Source: Pseudomonadota bacterium
Lineage (GTDB): Bacteria; UBA10199; 2-02-FULL-44-16; JAAZCA01
Direction of reading: 5' to 3'
Length of the DNA stretch: 64,000 nt
Assembly: GCA_043798915.1 (NCBI GenBank)
Contig: JAZDOG010000089.1
Coordinates: forward strand, 33,158-97,157
How positions within the stretch are numbered: the stretch's first letter is position 1; each line of letters starts with the position of its first letter. This document shows, in pieces, positions 18,101 through 32,200 of the stretch. Under the pieces are notes generated by a model. That model ran no database searches. It was not told where the DNA came from and worked only from the letters and a program-made list of their open reading frames with translations. The position numbers and the translations under genes are program-made.

Positions 18101-19096
18101 TTATGACGCCGCCTCCAATAGTGGATCAGCTATCGTATAAAGACCTTCGCTTTTTTCGATAAAACCGCTATCCATCAATCTGTTTAGCATGGAATACAGC
18201 TGTTTATCCGATATTTGTGTCTGACTTTTAATTTCTTCCCACCTTGCCCCGCCCTTTATCGTTTTCATGATTTTTTTGTATCTCGCTTCGGCATTTGAGG
18301 CAAATTTTGCAAACTCCTCCTTTGCAAGCGTCTTGCCCTCTTCGACAGTTCTTCTCAAAGATTCCTTGGGGGCATATTTTAATCTATACCACCCATACTT
18401 TGTGAGCCATCCAATGATACCATCTAATTCCTTTATGGCTGTCAGGGTTTCTTCATCGCCAAAATCCATTTTTGCCTGTTTCGCGCCCTCTTTTAAATAG
18501 ACAAAACCGCTCTCCTTGTCCAGCCGGCTCGTTTTGAGCTCAAACACAGCCCTTCCATAAAGCGGAGCCTTTGCATTATTTTTGCCCAGAAAATTTTTCA
18601 ACATTCCAGATTCTGAGCCAGATATAACAATCTTGATATTTCGGAAATTGTCATAAATGTAAGCAATCGAATTGTCCAGATGCAATCTCTTTAATAACTG
18701 AGCCTCGTCTATAACCAGAATCATTTTATGTTTATCCAGATAGTCCAGCCCTTTTTTTATGAAATTTAACGACAGACCAACCCCTTTCAAAATCAGTCTA
18801 TCAATTTTAACTCGTTTGACCTTGTCAATTTCATCCGCAAGCTTGTTATGGAAGTCGTCGCGTGAAGCGACGTCGCGGCTGTCAATCCATACGTATTTTC
18901 TGCCCAATGAATTGAGCACCACCTTGATAAGGCTGGTCTTGCCGGTTCGCCTGAGTCCGTATACTGCAATGAGCGGAGTCAACTTGTCCTGCAGGGCTTT
19001 TTTTAGCTCTTCTTGAATCACCTCAAAATTGAAGAAGTCTTTCCTATGATCTTTTACCTGCGGATTAAAATACACGAACACCTCCCGTCTGGCCAT
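18101..19096 (-). CDS. ATP-binding protein of the archaeal-type ATPase family (PF01637-like P-loop NTPase with a DUF234-like C-terminal wHTH region).
   Basis: Walker A 'GLRRTGKTSL' and Walker B 'ILVIDEAQ'. Markedly AT-rich gene in a GC-rich context. Confidence 0.65.
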   Translation of the reverse strand: MARREVFVYFNPQVKDHRKDFFNFEVIQEELKKALQDKLTPLIAVYGLRRTGKTSLIKVVLNSLGRKYVWIDSRDVASRDDFHNKLADEIDKVKRVKIDRLILKGVGLSLNFIKKGLDYLDKHKMILVIDEAQLLKRLHLDNSIAYIYDNFRNIKIVISGSESGMLKNFLGKNNAKAPLYGRAVFELKTSRLDKESGFVYLKEGAKQAKMDFGDEETLTAIKELDGIIGWLTKYGWYRLKYAPKESLRRTVEEGKTLAKEEFAKFASNAEARYKKIMKTIKGGARWEEIKSQTQISDKQLYSMLNRLMDSGFIEKSEGLYTIADPLLEAAS

Positions 19097-19107
19097 CCTA
19101 CATTATG

Positions 19108-19124
19108 GTGTAAGTTACTTACAC
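19108..19124. promoter_or_regulatory. Perfect palindrome GTGTAAGT-T-ACTTACAC, 12 bp upstream of the ATPase gene start; candidate operator.
   Basis: 8-bp arms with a 1-nt spacer, seen directly in the sequence. Located in the 5' region of the AT-rich ATPase gene. Confidence 0.3.
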
Positions 19125-19224
19125 TAAGGGTTAGTTGCTGTCAATTATTTGATAAACAATCCATTTGTCTTTGATAACGTTATTGAGAACTGGATAAGCA
19201 ACGGAACCGATGAGGTGCCGATGG

Positions 19225-19372
19225 ATAAATAATGGGACCAGCATGCCCTCGAGCGGCCTCTGGAGGCGACGACATCCAAGCCTGCAATTTTGCGTCGCCG
19301 AAAGGGCAGGCGAGCGAGCGGCGTTTGAGCGAGCGAGACGAAGCGAGAGGGCATGCTGGTCCCATAATTTAT
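19225..19372. repeat. Long imperfect hairpin. 17-bp perfect inverted repeats GGGACCAGCATGCCCTC / GAGGGCATGCTGGTCCC (extendable to about 26 bp) flank 96 nt of GAGCGAGC-rich sequence that contains a nested 7-bp hairpin.
   Basis: Arms at 19234-19250 and 19347-19363. Lies immediately downstream of the hemB stop, between hemB and the AT-rich ATPase gene. On the minus-strand transcript it is followed by AUUAUUUAU. Confidence 0.5.
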
Positions 19373-20348
19373 CTAGTCATCAATAATCTGGCGAAATCGC
19401 GGGCGAAGTAGGTCAGGATGATATCGGCGCCGGCGCGGCGGATCGCGGTGAGCGTCTCCTCCATCGCGCGGCGCTCGTCGAGCCAGCCGTTCGCGGCGGC
19501 GGCCTTGATCATCGCGTATTCGCCCGAGACCTGATAGGCGGCAAGCGGCACGCCGACCGCCTCGCGCGCGCGTGAGATTATGTCGAGATAGGGCATGGCT
19601 GGCTTGACCATCACGATGTCGGCGCCCTCCTCCACATCCTCTATTATCTCGCGGATCGCCTCCCGCGCGTTGGCGGGATCCATCTGGTAGCTTCTGCGGT
19701 CGCCGAACGCTGGCGCGGAGTGCGCCGCGTCGCGGACTGGCCCGTAGAAGCAGGAGGCATACTTTGCCGCATAGCTCATGATCGCCGTGTCTTCGAAGCC
19801 CTTTGCATCCAGCCCCTGCCTGATCGCCGCGACGCGGCCGTCCATCATGTCGGATGGCGCGACGATATCGGCGCCGGCCTTCGCGTGCGCAAGCGCCATC
19901 GCCGAGAGCAACTCGAGGGACGGGTCGTTCAAGATGCGCCCGCTCCTGTCGGTCACGCCGCAGTGGCCGTGGTCGGTGTAGGCGCAGAGGCATACGTCGG
20001 TGATGATAGTCGTCGCCGGCACGGCTTCCCTGATGGCGCTGACTGCGCGAGGAACGAGGCCGTTTGGATCCGTGGCCCCGGATGCCTTCGAATCTTTTTT
20101 ATCCGGCACCCCGAAGATGAGGATCGAGCCCACCCCTTCCTTCGAGGCGTCGCGGACCTCCTTCGTCAGCTCGTCGACCGAGAGATGGCAGATGCCCGGC
20201 ATCGAGGAGATCGGCTTTCTGACGCCCTCTCCCTCCACCACGAACGCAGGATAGACGAGCATCGATGGATCGACGCGCGTCTCACAGACGAGCGAACGCA
20301 TCCTCTCGCTCACCCTGAGCCTTCGCAATCTGGTTTGAGGAAATGACA
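19369..20348 (-). CDS. hemB: Porphobilinogen synthase (delta-aminolevulinic acid dehydratase).
   Basis: True start taken as MSFPQTRLRRLR. Active-site and zinc region 'DVCLCAYTDHGHCG'; 'SDMMDGR' and 'SYAAKYASCFYGPVRDA' motifs. Confidence 0.9.
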
Positions 20349-20353
20349 TTTTT

Positions 20354-21562
20354 TTATTTATTCCGTTGAGCAAAAAACGCCTTCGCCTCACCCACCATAG
20401 TGAACGAGCCGGAGATGACCAGGGTATCATCGCTGCCGAGGCTGTCCATCAGTCCCGACAGGGCGAGCGCAATATCCTTCTCGACCTTGACGAGCGCCCC
20501 GGACGAGCGCGCAGCCGCCGCCAGGTCCTTGGGCGATGCGGCGCGCTCCGATGGCGCCTTTGTGCAGACTATCTCGCGGAAGAGCGGCGCCAGAGGGCGC
20601 ACGATCCCTGCGACGTCCTTGTCGGAGAGCACCCCCAGCAGAAGCACCGATTTTTCGCGCTTGAGATTATTATGGACGTACGAAGCGAGCGATTCCGCCC
20701 CGGCGACGTTGTGCGCGCCGTCGAGTATCACCCGCGGCCCCTCCGACACGGTCTCGAGCCTTCCCGGCCAGCGCGTCCCTGCCAGCGCCTCCTCGATTTT
20801 GCCTATATGAAATCCGGCCTGAGCAAGAAGCCCGGCGGCCTCGACGGCGCACGAGGCGTTCTGCCGCTGATGTTCCCCGGCGAGCCCCAGCGGCACCGTC
20901 ACCTCATCGGGCGTCGCGAGGCAGAGCGGGGAGCCCACGTCGTCGCAGAAGCGGCGGACGACCTCCATCACCTCCGGCGGTTGGTATGCTACGGCCGTCG
21001 GCACACCGCGCTTGATGATGCCGCATTTCTCAGTCGCTATGTCCTTGAGTGACTCGCCCAGGTGGCGGGTGTGGTCGAAGGAGACGGACGTGATGACGGC
21101 CACCTTGGGGAACAGCACGTTGGTAGCGTCGAGGCGGCCCCCGAGCCCTGTCTCGATGACGCCCATGTCGATCTCCCGGTCGTTGAAATGCACGAACGCC
21201 GCGAGCGTCAGCATCTCAAAATAGCTCAGCATCCTCTCATCGGGTAGCGTCTCGCGGATGCGCGAGACGACTCCGGCCAGTTCCTCGGGGGCGATCATCT
21301 CCCGGTTGACCTGTATCCGCTCGCGAAGATCCATCAGATGCGGCGAGGTGTAGAGGCCGACCCTGTAACCGCTCTCCCTGAGTATCGAGTCGAGGAACGC
21401 GGCGGTCGATCCCTTGCCGTTCGTCCCGCTTATGTGCACCGAGGGAAAACCGCCCTGAGGGTTGGACATGATGCTGCACGCCTCCGTGATCGGCCCGATC
21501 TCGAGGCGAAACGCCCTGGGCTGGAGGGAATCGAGATATTTGATCGTCTGGTCGTAGTTCAT
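20354..21562 (-). CDS. folC: Bifunctional folylpolyglutamate synthase / dihydrofolate synthase.
   Basis: Start at MNYDQTIKYLD. P-loop 'ISGTNGKGST' and Mur-ligase-family architecture. Confidence 0.85.
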   Translation of the reverse strand: MNYDQTIKYLDSLQPRAFRLEIGPITEACSIMSNPQGGFPSVHISGTNGKGSTAAFLDSILRESGYRVGLYTSPHLMDLRERIQVNREMIAPEELAGVVSRIRETLPDERMLSYFEMLTLAAFVHFNDREIDMGVIETGLGGRLDATNVLFPKVAVITSVSFDHTRHLGESLKDIATEKCGIIKRGVPTAVAYQPPEVMEVVRRFCDDVGSPLCLATPDEVTVPLGLAGEHQRQNASCAVEAAGLLAQAGFHIGKIEEALAGTRWPGRLETVSEGPRVILDGAHNVAGAESLASYVHNNLKREKSVLLLGVLSDKDVAGIVRPLAPLFREIVCTKAPSERAASPKDLAAAARSSGALVKVEKDIALALSGLMDSLGSDDTLVISGSFTMVGEAKAFFAQRNK

Positions 21563-21570
21563 ATGGATTC

Positions 21571-22827
21571 CTATATGACTTTCAAGACCAGCGCCGTTAT
21601 GTCGTCGCGCGGAGGATCCGGATCGACGAACGCCTGCACCGATTCCACGATGACGTCGCATATCTGGCGCGCGCTTCCCACCAGCGCATCGGAGAGGACC
21701 TCGACGAGCCTCGCCCTTCCGAAGCGCTCCCCGCGGCGATTTGCCGCTTCGGTGATCCCGTCGGTGTAGAGCAGGATGACATCCCCCTTTGAGACGACCA
21801 TCTGCCTCTCGTGGAAGACCCCGCGCGCCTCGAGCCCGATGAGGCAATCGCCCGTCCCTATCTCCTCGAACTGCCCGCCGGCGGCGCGCCAGACGATCGG
21901 AGCGGGATGGCCGGCCGACGTGTACTGGATGACCTGCCGGGAGCGGAGATACTGCAGATAGATCATCGATATGAATTGCTCCGACTGAAAGAGATCGTCG
22001 TAGAGAATCGTGTTGATCCTCTGCACTAGGAGCGAAGGCGAATAGTCCGCGTCCATCTGGGAGCGGATGGCCGCCCGAAACGCGGCCATGATGAGCGCCG
22101 CCCCGATCGAGTGCCCCGACACGTCGGCGACGACGAAGGATGGGCGCTTCGCATACGTGAAGAAGCAGTCGTAGTAATCGCCCCCGACGCGCTCCGCGGT
22201 GATGAGCCGCCCTGCCACCTCCAGCCCCTCGACCTCAAGCGGGGAAGCGGGCAAAAGCCGGTACTGTATCTGACGCGCGATCTCCAGCTGCCCGCGGAGC
22301 TTCTCCGTCGCATTGCGCTCTTCGACGAGGCGGCAGATGTGGAGATAGGCCGCGGCCTGGTTGGCAAGCGTAGTGAGGAGCTGGAGATCATCCTCGGTGA
22401 AGGCGCTTCCGTCGGTCCTGTCGGTGACGTTTATAACGCCCAGGGGCTCCTCGCCCACCTTCATGGGGAAACACGTGACCGGCGCGGAGATGAGGGACTT
22501 CGTCTGATAGCGGTCGCGGCCCGGGCCCATCTCAGACGCCTTGATTTCCGAAACGAGCAGCGGCTCGTGGCTCGCGAAGACCTTGCCCGATATCCCCTCG
22601 CCGACCTTCACGACGGCGTGCTCCATGATCCCGGGCTCCATGCCGCGGGCCGCCGCGATGCGCAGCGCGCCGATTGCGGGATCATAAGTCATGATCGAGG
22701 CCTTCTCGACACCCAGAAGGCGCACCACTGCATCGAGGATCAGCTCGTAGACCTCCCTCGGGTCCTGGGCCCGGACGATCGCCTGGCTTAAACCGTGGAT
22801 CGCATCGATTGTCGCTCTTTCATTCAT
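21571..22827 (-). CDS. GAF-domain PP2C-type serine phosphatase (RsbU/SpoIIE-like) of a partner-switching module.
   Basis: N-terminal GAF domain, C-terminal PP2C domain ('SGHSIGAALIMA', 'LLYTDGITEA'). Overlaps the upstream anti-sigma kinase gene by 4 nt. Confidence 0.8.
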   Translation of the reverse strand: MNERATIDAIHGLSQAIVRAQDPREVYELILDAVVRLLGVEKASIMTYDPAIGALRIAAARGMEPGIMEHAVVKVGEGISGKVFASHEPLLVSEIKASEMGPGRDRYQTKSLISAPVTCFPMKVGEEPLGVINVTDRTDGSAFTEDDLQLLTTLANQAAAYLHICRLVEERNATEKLRGQLEIARQIQYRLLPASPLEVEGLEVAGRLITAERVGGDYYDCFFTYAKRPSFVVADVSGHSIGAALIMAAFRAAIRSQMDADYSPSLLVQRINTILYDDLFQSEQFISMIYLQYLRSRQVIQYTSAGHPAPIVWRAAGGQFEEIGTGDCLIGLEARGVFHERQMVVSKGDVILLYTDGITEAANRRGERFGRARLVEVLSDALVGSARQICDVIVESVQAFVDPDPPRDDITALVLKVI

Positions 22828-23228
22828 AGCTCGTAGACCATCCTCAAAGAATGGCGCCCGTTCTTCATGCGGCTCTCCACCCGTGTCATCAGGCGGTGGA
22901 TGAGGAAGAGGCCCCTGCCATGGCTCACCGGCTCTTCCGGTTCAGACACCACGTGGCGGCCTATGCCGCAACCGGTGTCGACCACCTCGATCGTCATGCC
23001 GGACAAAGACAAGGCAAGCGAGACGCGGATCGGCAACCGCCTCCTGCGGCGGTGGGCGTGGAAGATCGCATTATCGACAGCCTCTATCAAGGCCAAAGTG
23101 CACGCTGTGACGGCCTTTGGAGGCAAGGCCCTGAGCCCCGCGACGCTTACCGCCACAGAGACCCACTGGCGCAAAAGCGCCAGATAGCGGGTGTCGCTCC
23201 TGATCGTGAAGGCGCAGCGAAATGGCAT
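22824..23228 (-). CDS. Anti-sigma regulatory factor, RsbW/SpoIIAB-like GHKL serine kinase.
   Basis: HATPase_c motifs 'EAVDNAIFHA' and 'VVDTGCGI'. 134 aa, the typical size. Confidence 0.75.
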   Translation of the reverse strand: MPFRCAFTIRSDTRYLALLRQWVSVAVSVAGLRALPPKAVTACTLALIEAVDNAIFHAHRRRRRLPIRVSLALSLSGMTIEVVDTGCGIGRHVVSEPEEPVSHGRGLFLIHRLMTRVESRMKNGRHSLRMVYEL

Positions 23229-23240
23229 AGGCGTCTCGCG

Positions 23241-23585
23241 TTACGGTTTTTTGGAGAACTGCCGCACGGCGGCGTTCCAGTCGGCGCAGACTTCGAAGAG
23301 CCGGTGCAGCCTCGTGATCTCGAATATCGTCTTCACCTCGTCGGAGAGGGCGGCCACCTTGACGTCCCCGCTGCGGCTGCGCACACGGCGCAGCAGCGAG
23401 ATGAGAACCCCGAGCCCCATCGAATCGATGAACGTGAGATTCGTGCAGTCGATCACGAAGCGCGTTGCGCCCCCGCTCACGAGATCGTAGGCGATCTTCT
23501 TGAACGCCGACACCGTATCGGCATCGAGGCTCCCGCCGCAGTGCATGACATGAATGCCGTTCTCCTGTTTCACTTCGATGTTCAT
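23241..23585 (-). CDS. STAS-domain anti-sigma-factor antagonist (RsbV/SpoIIAA-like).
   Basis: Conserved phospho-Ser region 'FIDSMGLGVL'. 114 aa. Confidence 0.8.
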   Translation of the reverse strand: MNIEVKQENGIHVMHCGGSLDADTVSAFKKIAYDLVSGGATRFVIDCTNLTFIDSMGLGVLISLLRRVRSRSGDVKVAALSDEVKTIFEITRLHRLFEVCADWNAAVRQFSKKP

Positions 23586-23610
23586 GGGAAACTCCTTTCT
23601 TGAGCTGTGT

Positions 23611-24993
<1,383 letters not shown>

Positions 24994-25012
24994 CTCGCTC
25001 GCCTCCTGTCCA

Positions 25013-26437
<1,425 letters not shown>

Positions 26438-26443
26438 GAATTC

Positions 26444-26523
26444 CTCCCCCTCCTTTGTAAGGAGGGGCTAGGGGAGGTAGATCCATCGCTGACTATTTTG
26501 ATCTACCCCACCCTTCCCTCCCC

Positions 26524-26541
<18 letters not shown>
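26444..26541. repeat. Copy A of an approximately 95-bp imperfect palindromic repeat element (two terminal CCCTCC..TTTGTAA..GGAGGG hairpins around an inverted GGGTAGATC / GATCTACCC core).
   Basis: Shares an identical 41-nt block (GATCTACCCCACCCTTCCCTCCCCTTACAAAGGGGAGGGTT) with a second copy at 59371-59465. Overlaps the stop codon of the upstream activator gene and the RBS of the next. Confidence 0.55.
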
Positions 26542-27936
<1,395 letters not shown>

Positions 27937-27937
27937 G

Positions 27938-29113
27938 TTATCCCCCCTCTGTCGATGCCGGCAAACGTACTACAAACTCGGTTCCGCCGCCCTTCACATC
28001 CTCGCACGATATCTCGCCGCCGTGCTCCTTCACTATTCGATAGCTGATCGAAAGGCCGAGCCCCGTGCCCTTGCCCGGCTCCTTGGTCGTAAAAAATGGA
28101 TCGAAGATGCGATCTCTGTTCTCGGGCGAAATGCCGACGCCGGTGTCGCGGACCCTCACCTCGACGAATCCATCCCCATTGCTGCAGCCGGTCTTCACGG
28201 TGAGGACCCCGCCCTTGGGCATCGCATGGCATGCGTTCGTTATGAGGTTCAAGAAGACCTGCTGCAGGCGGTCGGGAATCCCGACGACCTGCGGGAGTCG
28301 CGCGGCACCGTCGAAGTTGAGCTCGATGTTCATCGACCGGAGCTCTCGCTGCACGAACGGAAAGACCTTCTCCAGGAGGAGATTCAAGTCCACGCCGTGC
28401 CTCTCCCTGTCCTTGGAGACGCGCGAAAAATCCAGGAGGTCGGCGACGATCTTCTTGCACCTGACTGCCGCCTTTTCCATCTCGTCCAAGTCGGCCAGCA
28501 GCGTCTTGTTTCCATGCACGTCGCGCTTCATGAGCTGGGCGAAGGCGAGAATCCCGCCAAGGGGATTGTTGATCTCGTGGGCCACGCCGCCGGCGAGCAT
28601 GCCGATCGCCGCCATCTTCTCCTGCTGGATGACCTCGCGCTGGAGGCGGCGCTCTTCGGTGATGTCGCGGTAGTAGAGGACGGCGGACCCGGCCGCGGCG
28701 GCGCTCATCGGGTAAGCGCTCGTCTCGTAATCCCTGCGGCTTATCTGGCAGCCCAGCACGGAGGTCGTGTGCGCGTCGCGCTTGAGGGCCGCGGGCAAAG
28801 GGCATCCTTCGCACGGCGCCGTGCGCCCGGCGAAGACATCGTGGCACCTCTTGCCGATTATCGTCGCGATGTCCTTGCCGCAGGCCGCGGCGAGGGAGAG
28901 ATTTGCGCGAATTATCTCATAGTCGCGCGAGACGATCTGCACGGGGGATGTGATGGCATCGAAGGTGGACTCCCACATGTACTTGCCGCGGGAGATGATC
29001 CCAACCAGTTCCTCGAGCTTTGCGGCGCGGCCGGAGAGGATTTTGAGCCTCTTGACGAACTCTTCCCGGCTCAAGGATTCAATGGATGGGTCTTTTTTTC
29101 TGGATGAGGCCAT
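27938..29113 (-). CDS. PAS-domain sensor histidine kinase (cytoplasmic).
   Basis: PAS region, H-box 'AHEINNPL', and HATPase 'DTGVGI...GTGLGLSI'. Confidence 0.85.
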   Translation of the reverse strand: MASSRKKDPSIESLSREEFVKRLKILSGRAAKLEELVGIISRGKYMWESTFDAITSPVQIVSRDYEIIRANLSLAAACGKDIATIIGKRCHDVFAGRTAPCEGCPLPAALKRDAHTTSVLGCQISRRDYETSAYPMSAAAAGSAVLYYRDITEERRLQREVIQQEKMAAIGMLAGGVAHEINNPLGGILAFAQLMKRDVHGNKTLLADLDEMEKAAVRCKKIVADLLDFSRVSKDRERHGVDLNLLLEKVFPFVQRELRSMNIELNFDGAARLPQVVGIPDRLQQVFLNLITNACHAMPKGGVLTVKTGCSNGDGFVEVRVRDTGVGISPENRDRIFDPFFTTKEPGKGTGLGLSISYRIVKEHGGEISCEDVKGGGTEFVVRLPASTEGG

Positions 29114-29286
29114 ACGGTAACGAGATTGCTCGTCATCGATGGTCTACACGAAGGGGTGACAAATAGCCAGCGTAATTTTGACGCCTGACCTAACTGGTCT
29201 ATTTTAAATGTTATTTAAAAATATTCCATCTGGTGGGTGTGTTAAAAATAACCCGGATGACCGGAAGGAAAAACCGCTAGTTCACA

Positions 29287-32200
29287 CTATCGCGCTGGCT
29301 GAAAGGTGAAGGAAATATCATCTGAGACCTCGCTCTTTTTCACGAGGCCGCGAGGCAGCTTCTTCCTTCTTGCAATTTGGCATAGACGCTCTCCGAATTC
29401 TTTTGAATCACCTTCCGTGCCCTCACCAACTTTGCATCCAACATCTCCGGAAGGATCGACGGTATATTTAAGGCTCCCCGTGGCCGCGAAGTCGGGATTC
29501 CTTTTCAAAAAACGCTCGTAACAATACGAGAACTCCTTCTTCAGCTCATCCCTAAGACGCTGGAATATAACCGCAGAATCTCCCTTCGACCACTGGCTCA
29601 ATTTCCCCAGCTCGCCAGTCAGGCGTTTGATTGCCCCCTTGACTTCACCTCTTCTGTTTCTGTCAGCTGGTCCTCGCAGCTCCTCCAGCGTGATCTTTCC
29701 GTATTCCTCCAGAGCGCTTTTGATATCCCGGATCTTTATATCCCGAAGGTCGTTCAGGCGCGCCTCTTCCTCGAACGAACGCGCCAGATAATAATGAGCA
29801 CTGGCTACAAATGAGGGCGCTTTTGCGCGGATAGTCGAAGCAGTTGCGGAAAAAGACGGGGATTCCATGTCCCTGAAAAACTTCTGATAGGAAGCGGTTG
29901 CCTTATCATAGTAACCTACCCCCATAGCAAAATAAAGACGACCCTGACAGGCAGAGGACTGGATAAAATCAGGATGGAGCCCGCGAAACTCTTCGAGGGC
30001 CTTAATCTCCTTTTCTTTGTCGTCGTCTGATTGGCTGGTATACGACCAGCCGAGATCCGCTCTGGCAGCGAGGAGTTTGGCCTCGGCTTCCTTTTTTTTG
30101 TCTTTCATCTCAAGCTCTGATGCTATCCTGATGATCCCCTCGAGGGTGGAAATCAATCTCTCTTGCTCCGCGATGGATTTTGACTTCTTCGCATCACTTG
30201 AGAATCGTTTAAAGGTCACTTTGGCTTCATCTGTGAATGTTTTAAGGGCTTTGTCGCGCGCCTCGTCTATCTCTCTGTCACGCTCATTGGCCCATTTTTT
30301 CTGCTCGTCGGATGGCTGAAGCCCTCCATATCTAATAACCAGCCCCTTGGCTGACTTGATGCAATCAATGACACTTTTATAATTGCGCGCATGCACGGCT
30401 TTCTTAACTCCATCAAGTGAGGCCCGCACCTCCTCGAGAACCTCCTTTTTTGCCTTTTCATTTCTCTCTGCCTCGGTCAGCGGGGGTGGAGGTGGTTTTG
30501 GCACGACTGGTGCAGGCACAGGCGCCGGCGGTTTGGGCGGAGGAGGCGGAGCGACATGTGGCAGTTGGGCAACCGGCGCATTTTTAGCAGGAGGTGCAAC
30601 AGGAACGGTCGGCCTGAGAGCGGGAGTCGCGGCTGCAGGAGGTGCTGGAGCAACCGAAGGTTTTGTTGGCGGCGGAGCAGGCGGTGCAGCGGGAGCGGTC
30701 GGTTTGGGAGAGGGAGTGCCGGCTGCCGGAACCGGTGAACGGGGTTCGGTTTTGTCCTGAGGGGCAAGCCCAAGCAGCTTTGCTATATTCACATCAACCA
30801 TCTGCCTCGTCGCCCCCTTCGGACCACTGAATAGATAAATTTTAGGCTGGTCGGGGACCTCTGCCCCCCCCCTGTTGACGCCCGGCCAGTTCACGCTGTC
30901 GACAAACACGAGCGGCACCAGAGGCTTGCCATTCTCCACCTGTTTGTCCTCAAGCGCGACAAGCCTGCGCCTGAGTTCAGAGGTCTTCTCCTTGCCGGCC
31001 CCTTCCGTCGGAGCCACGAACACAATGACGCGCTCGTCTGTATTGTAGATTGCGCCGGCCGCCTCGCTGTTGGCAACTTCGACAAAACCCACCGGCTTGT
31101 AAGTTTGTGCCTTCCATCTGCCGCCATGCTGGGCGACCTTATAGATGTGGTATTTGGCTTTTTTGGATTCTATCTCCCTTGGTTCAATGCCGAGTTTTCG
31201 CAGAAATCCGCGGCGAAGACTTTGGAGTGTTGCCCCATCATGGCGCTCAGGCATATGCGGGATGAAGAAATAACGGCGCTTGATTTGCAAGTCCCTGCCC
31301 TCGCTGTAGAGACGATAGGTCAAATCGCCCGCCTGCGTATCGGTCGGATCACCGACGATGACAAACGCATCGCCGGCGCCCGGACCGAAGTGGGCCCCAA
31401 AATGACGATAATCGATATAGCAGAAACCATTCTCGTCGGTCGTCTCGCCGTGCTTCTTTATCAGTTCCTCAACATCGACATCTGGCACTTCGATCGGGGC
31501 CTCGATGCCCACAAAGCGGCCGTCCTTGATATCCCCTTCGAACTGGATCTTTGCGTATTTCGCAGTGGGCTGCGGCATCAAGATCCCAAGCCTGTTGGCA
31601 ATCTGTCTCCCCCGCTTGCTTGAAATATCCACGACGGCGATCATGCCCCTGTTCCCTGCTTTATCTTTCGTCGGCTCAGTATTATTCACAAGCTTCACAA
31701 AATCTTCTTCTCTGAAGAACGCGCCCGTGACAAAAACGGTGACGGAGCTTTTCCATTCATTTTTGTAGTTATCAAGCGTGAGTTCGACCACTCCGGGCTT
31801 GAAGGCCTGCTCCGGCTTCAGGGCAGGCGCCGTCGGGCCGGCGGGAGGGAACTCGGCATCTGGGACCTCGGAATGACTCACAAGCGCCTCCCGGATATCG
31901 AAGTCCTCACAGTGGCGATTGCCGGCGCTGCCGGTGCAGATTAAGAATGCCCGGCCGCTTAATTGCACATGGGGCAGATCCGCGAGTTTTCCCTTCAACT
32001 TCAATGGCACATAGATCGCCTCGACGTCGAGCTTTCCTCCGATGTCCTTTTTATTTATGAGTCTATCGTCCAACTTGGCCATGATCTTCTGGTTCTTGGC
32101 TTCCTTGTCCCGGTCCTCCTCCTCTATGACCACCAGAACATTGCCCGATGACTTTAAGATGTAGCGTTCGAGATCGCCGGCGGATTTGATATCCGTGAAC

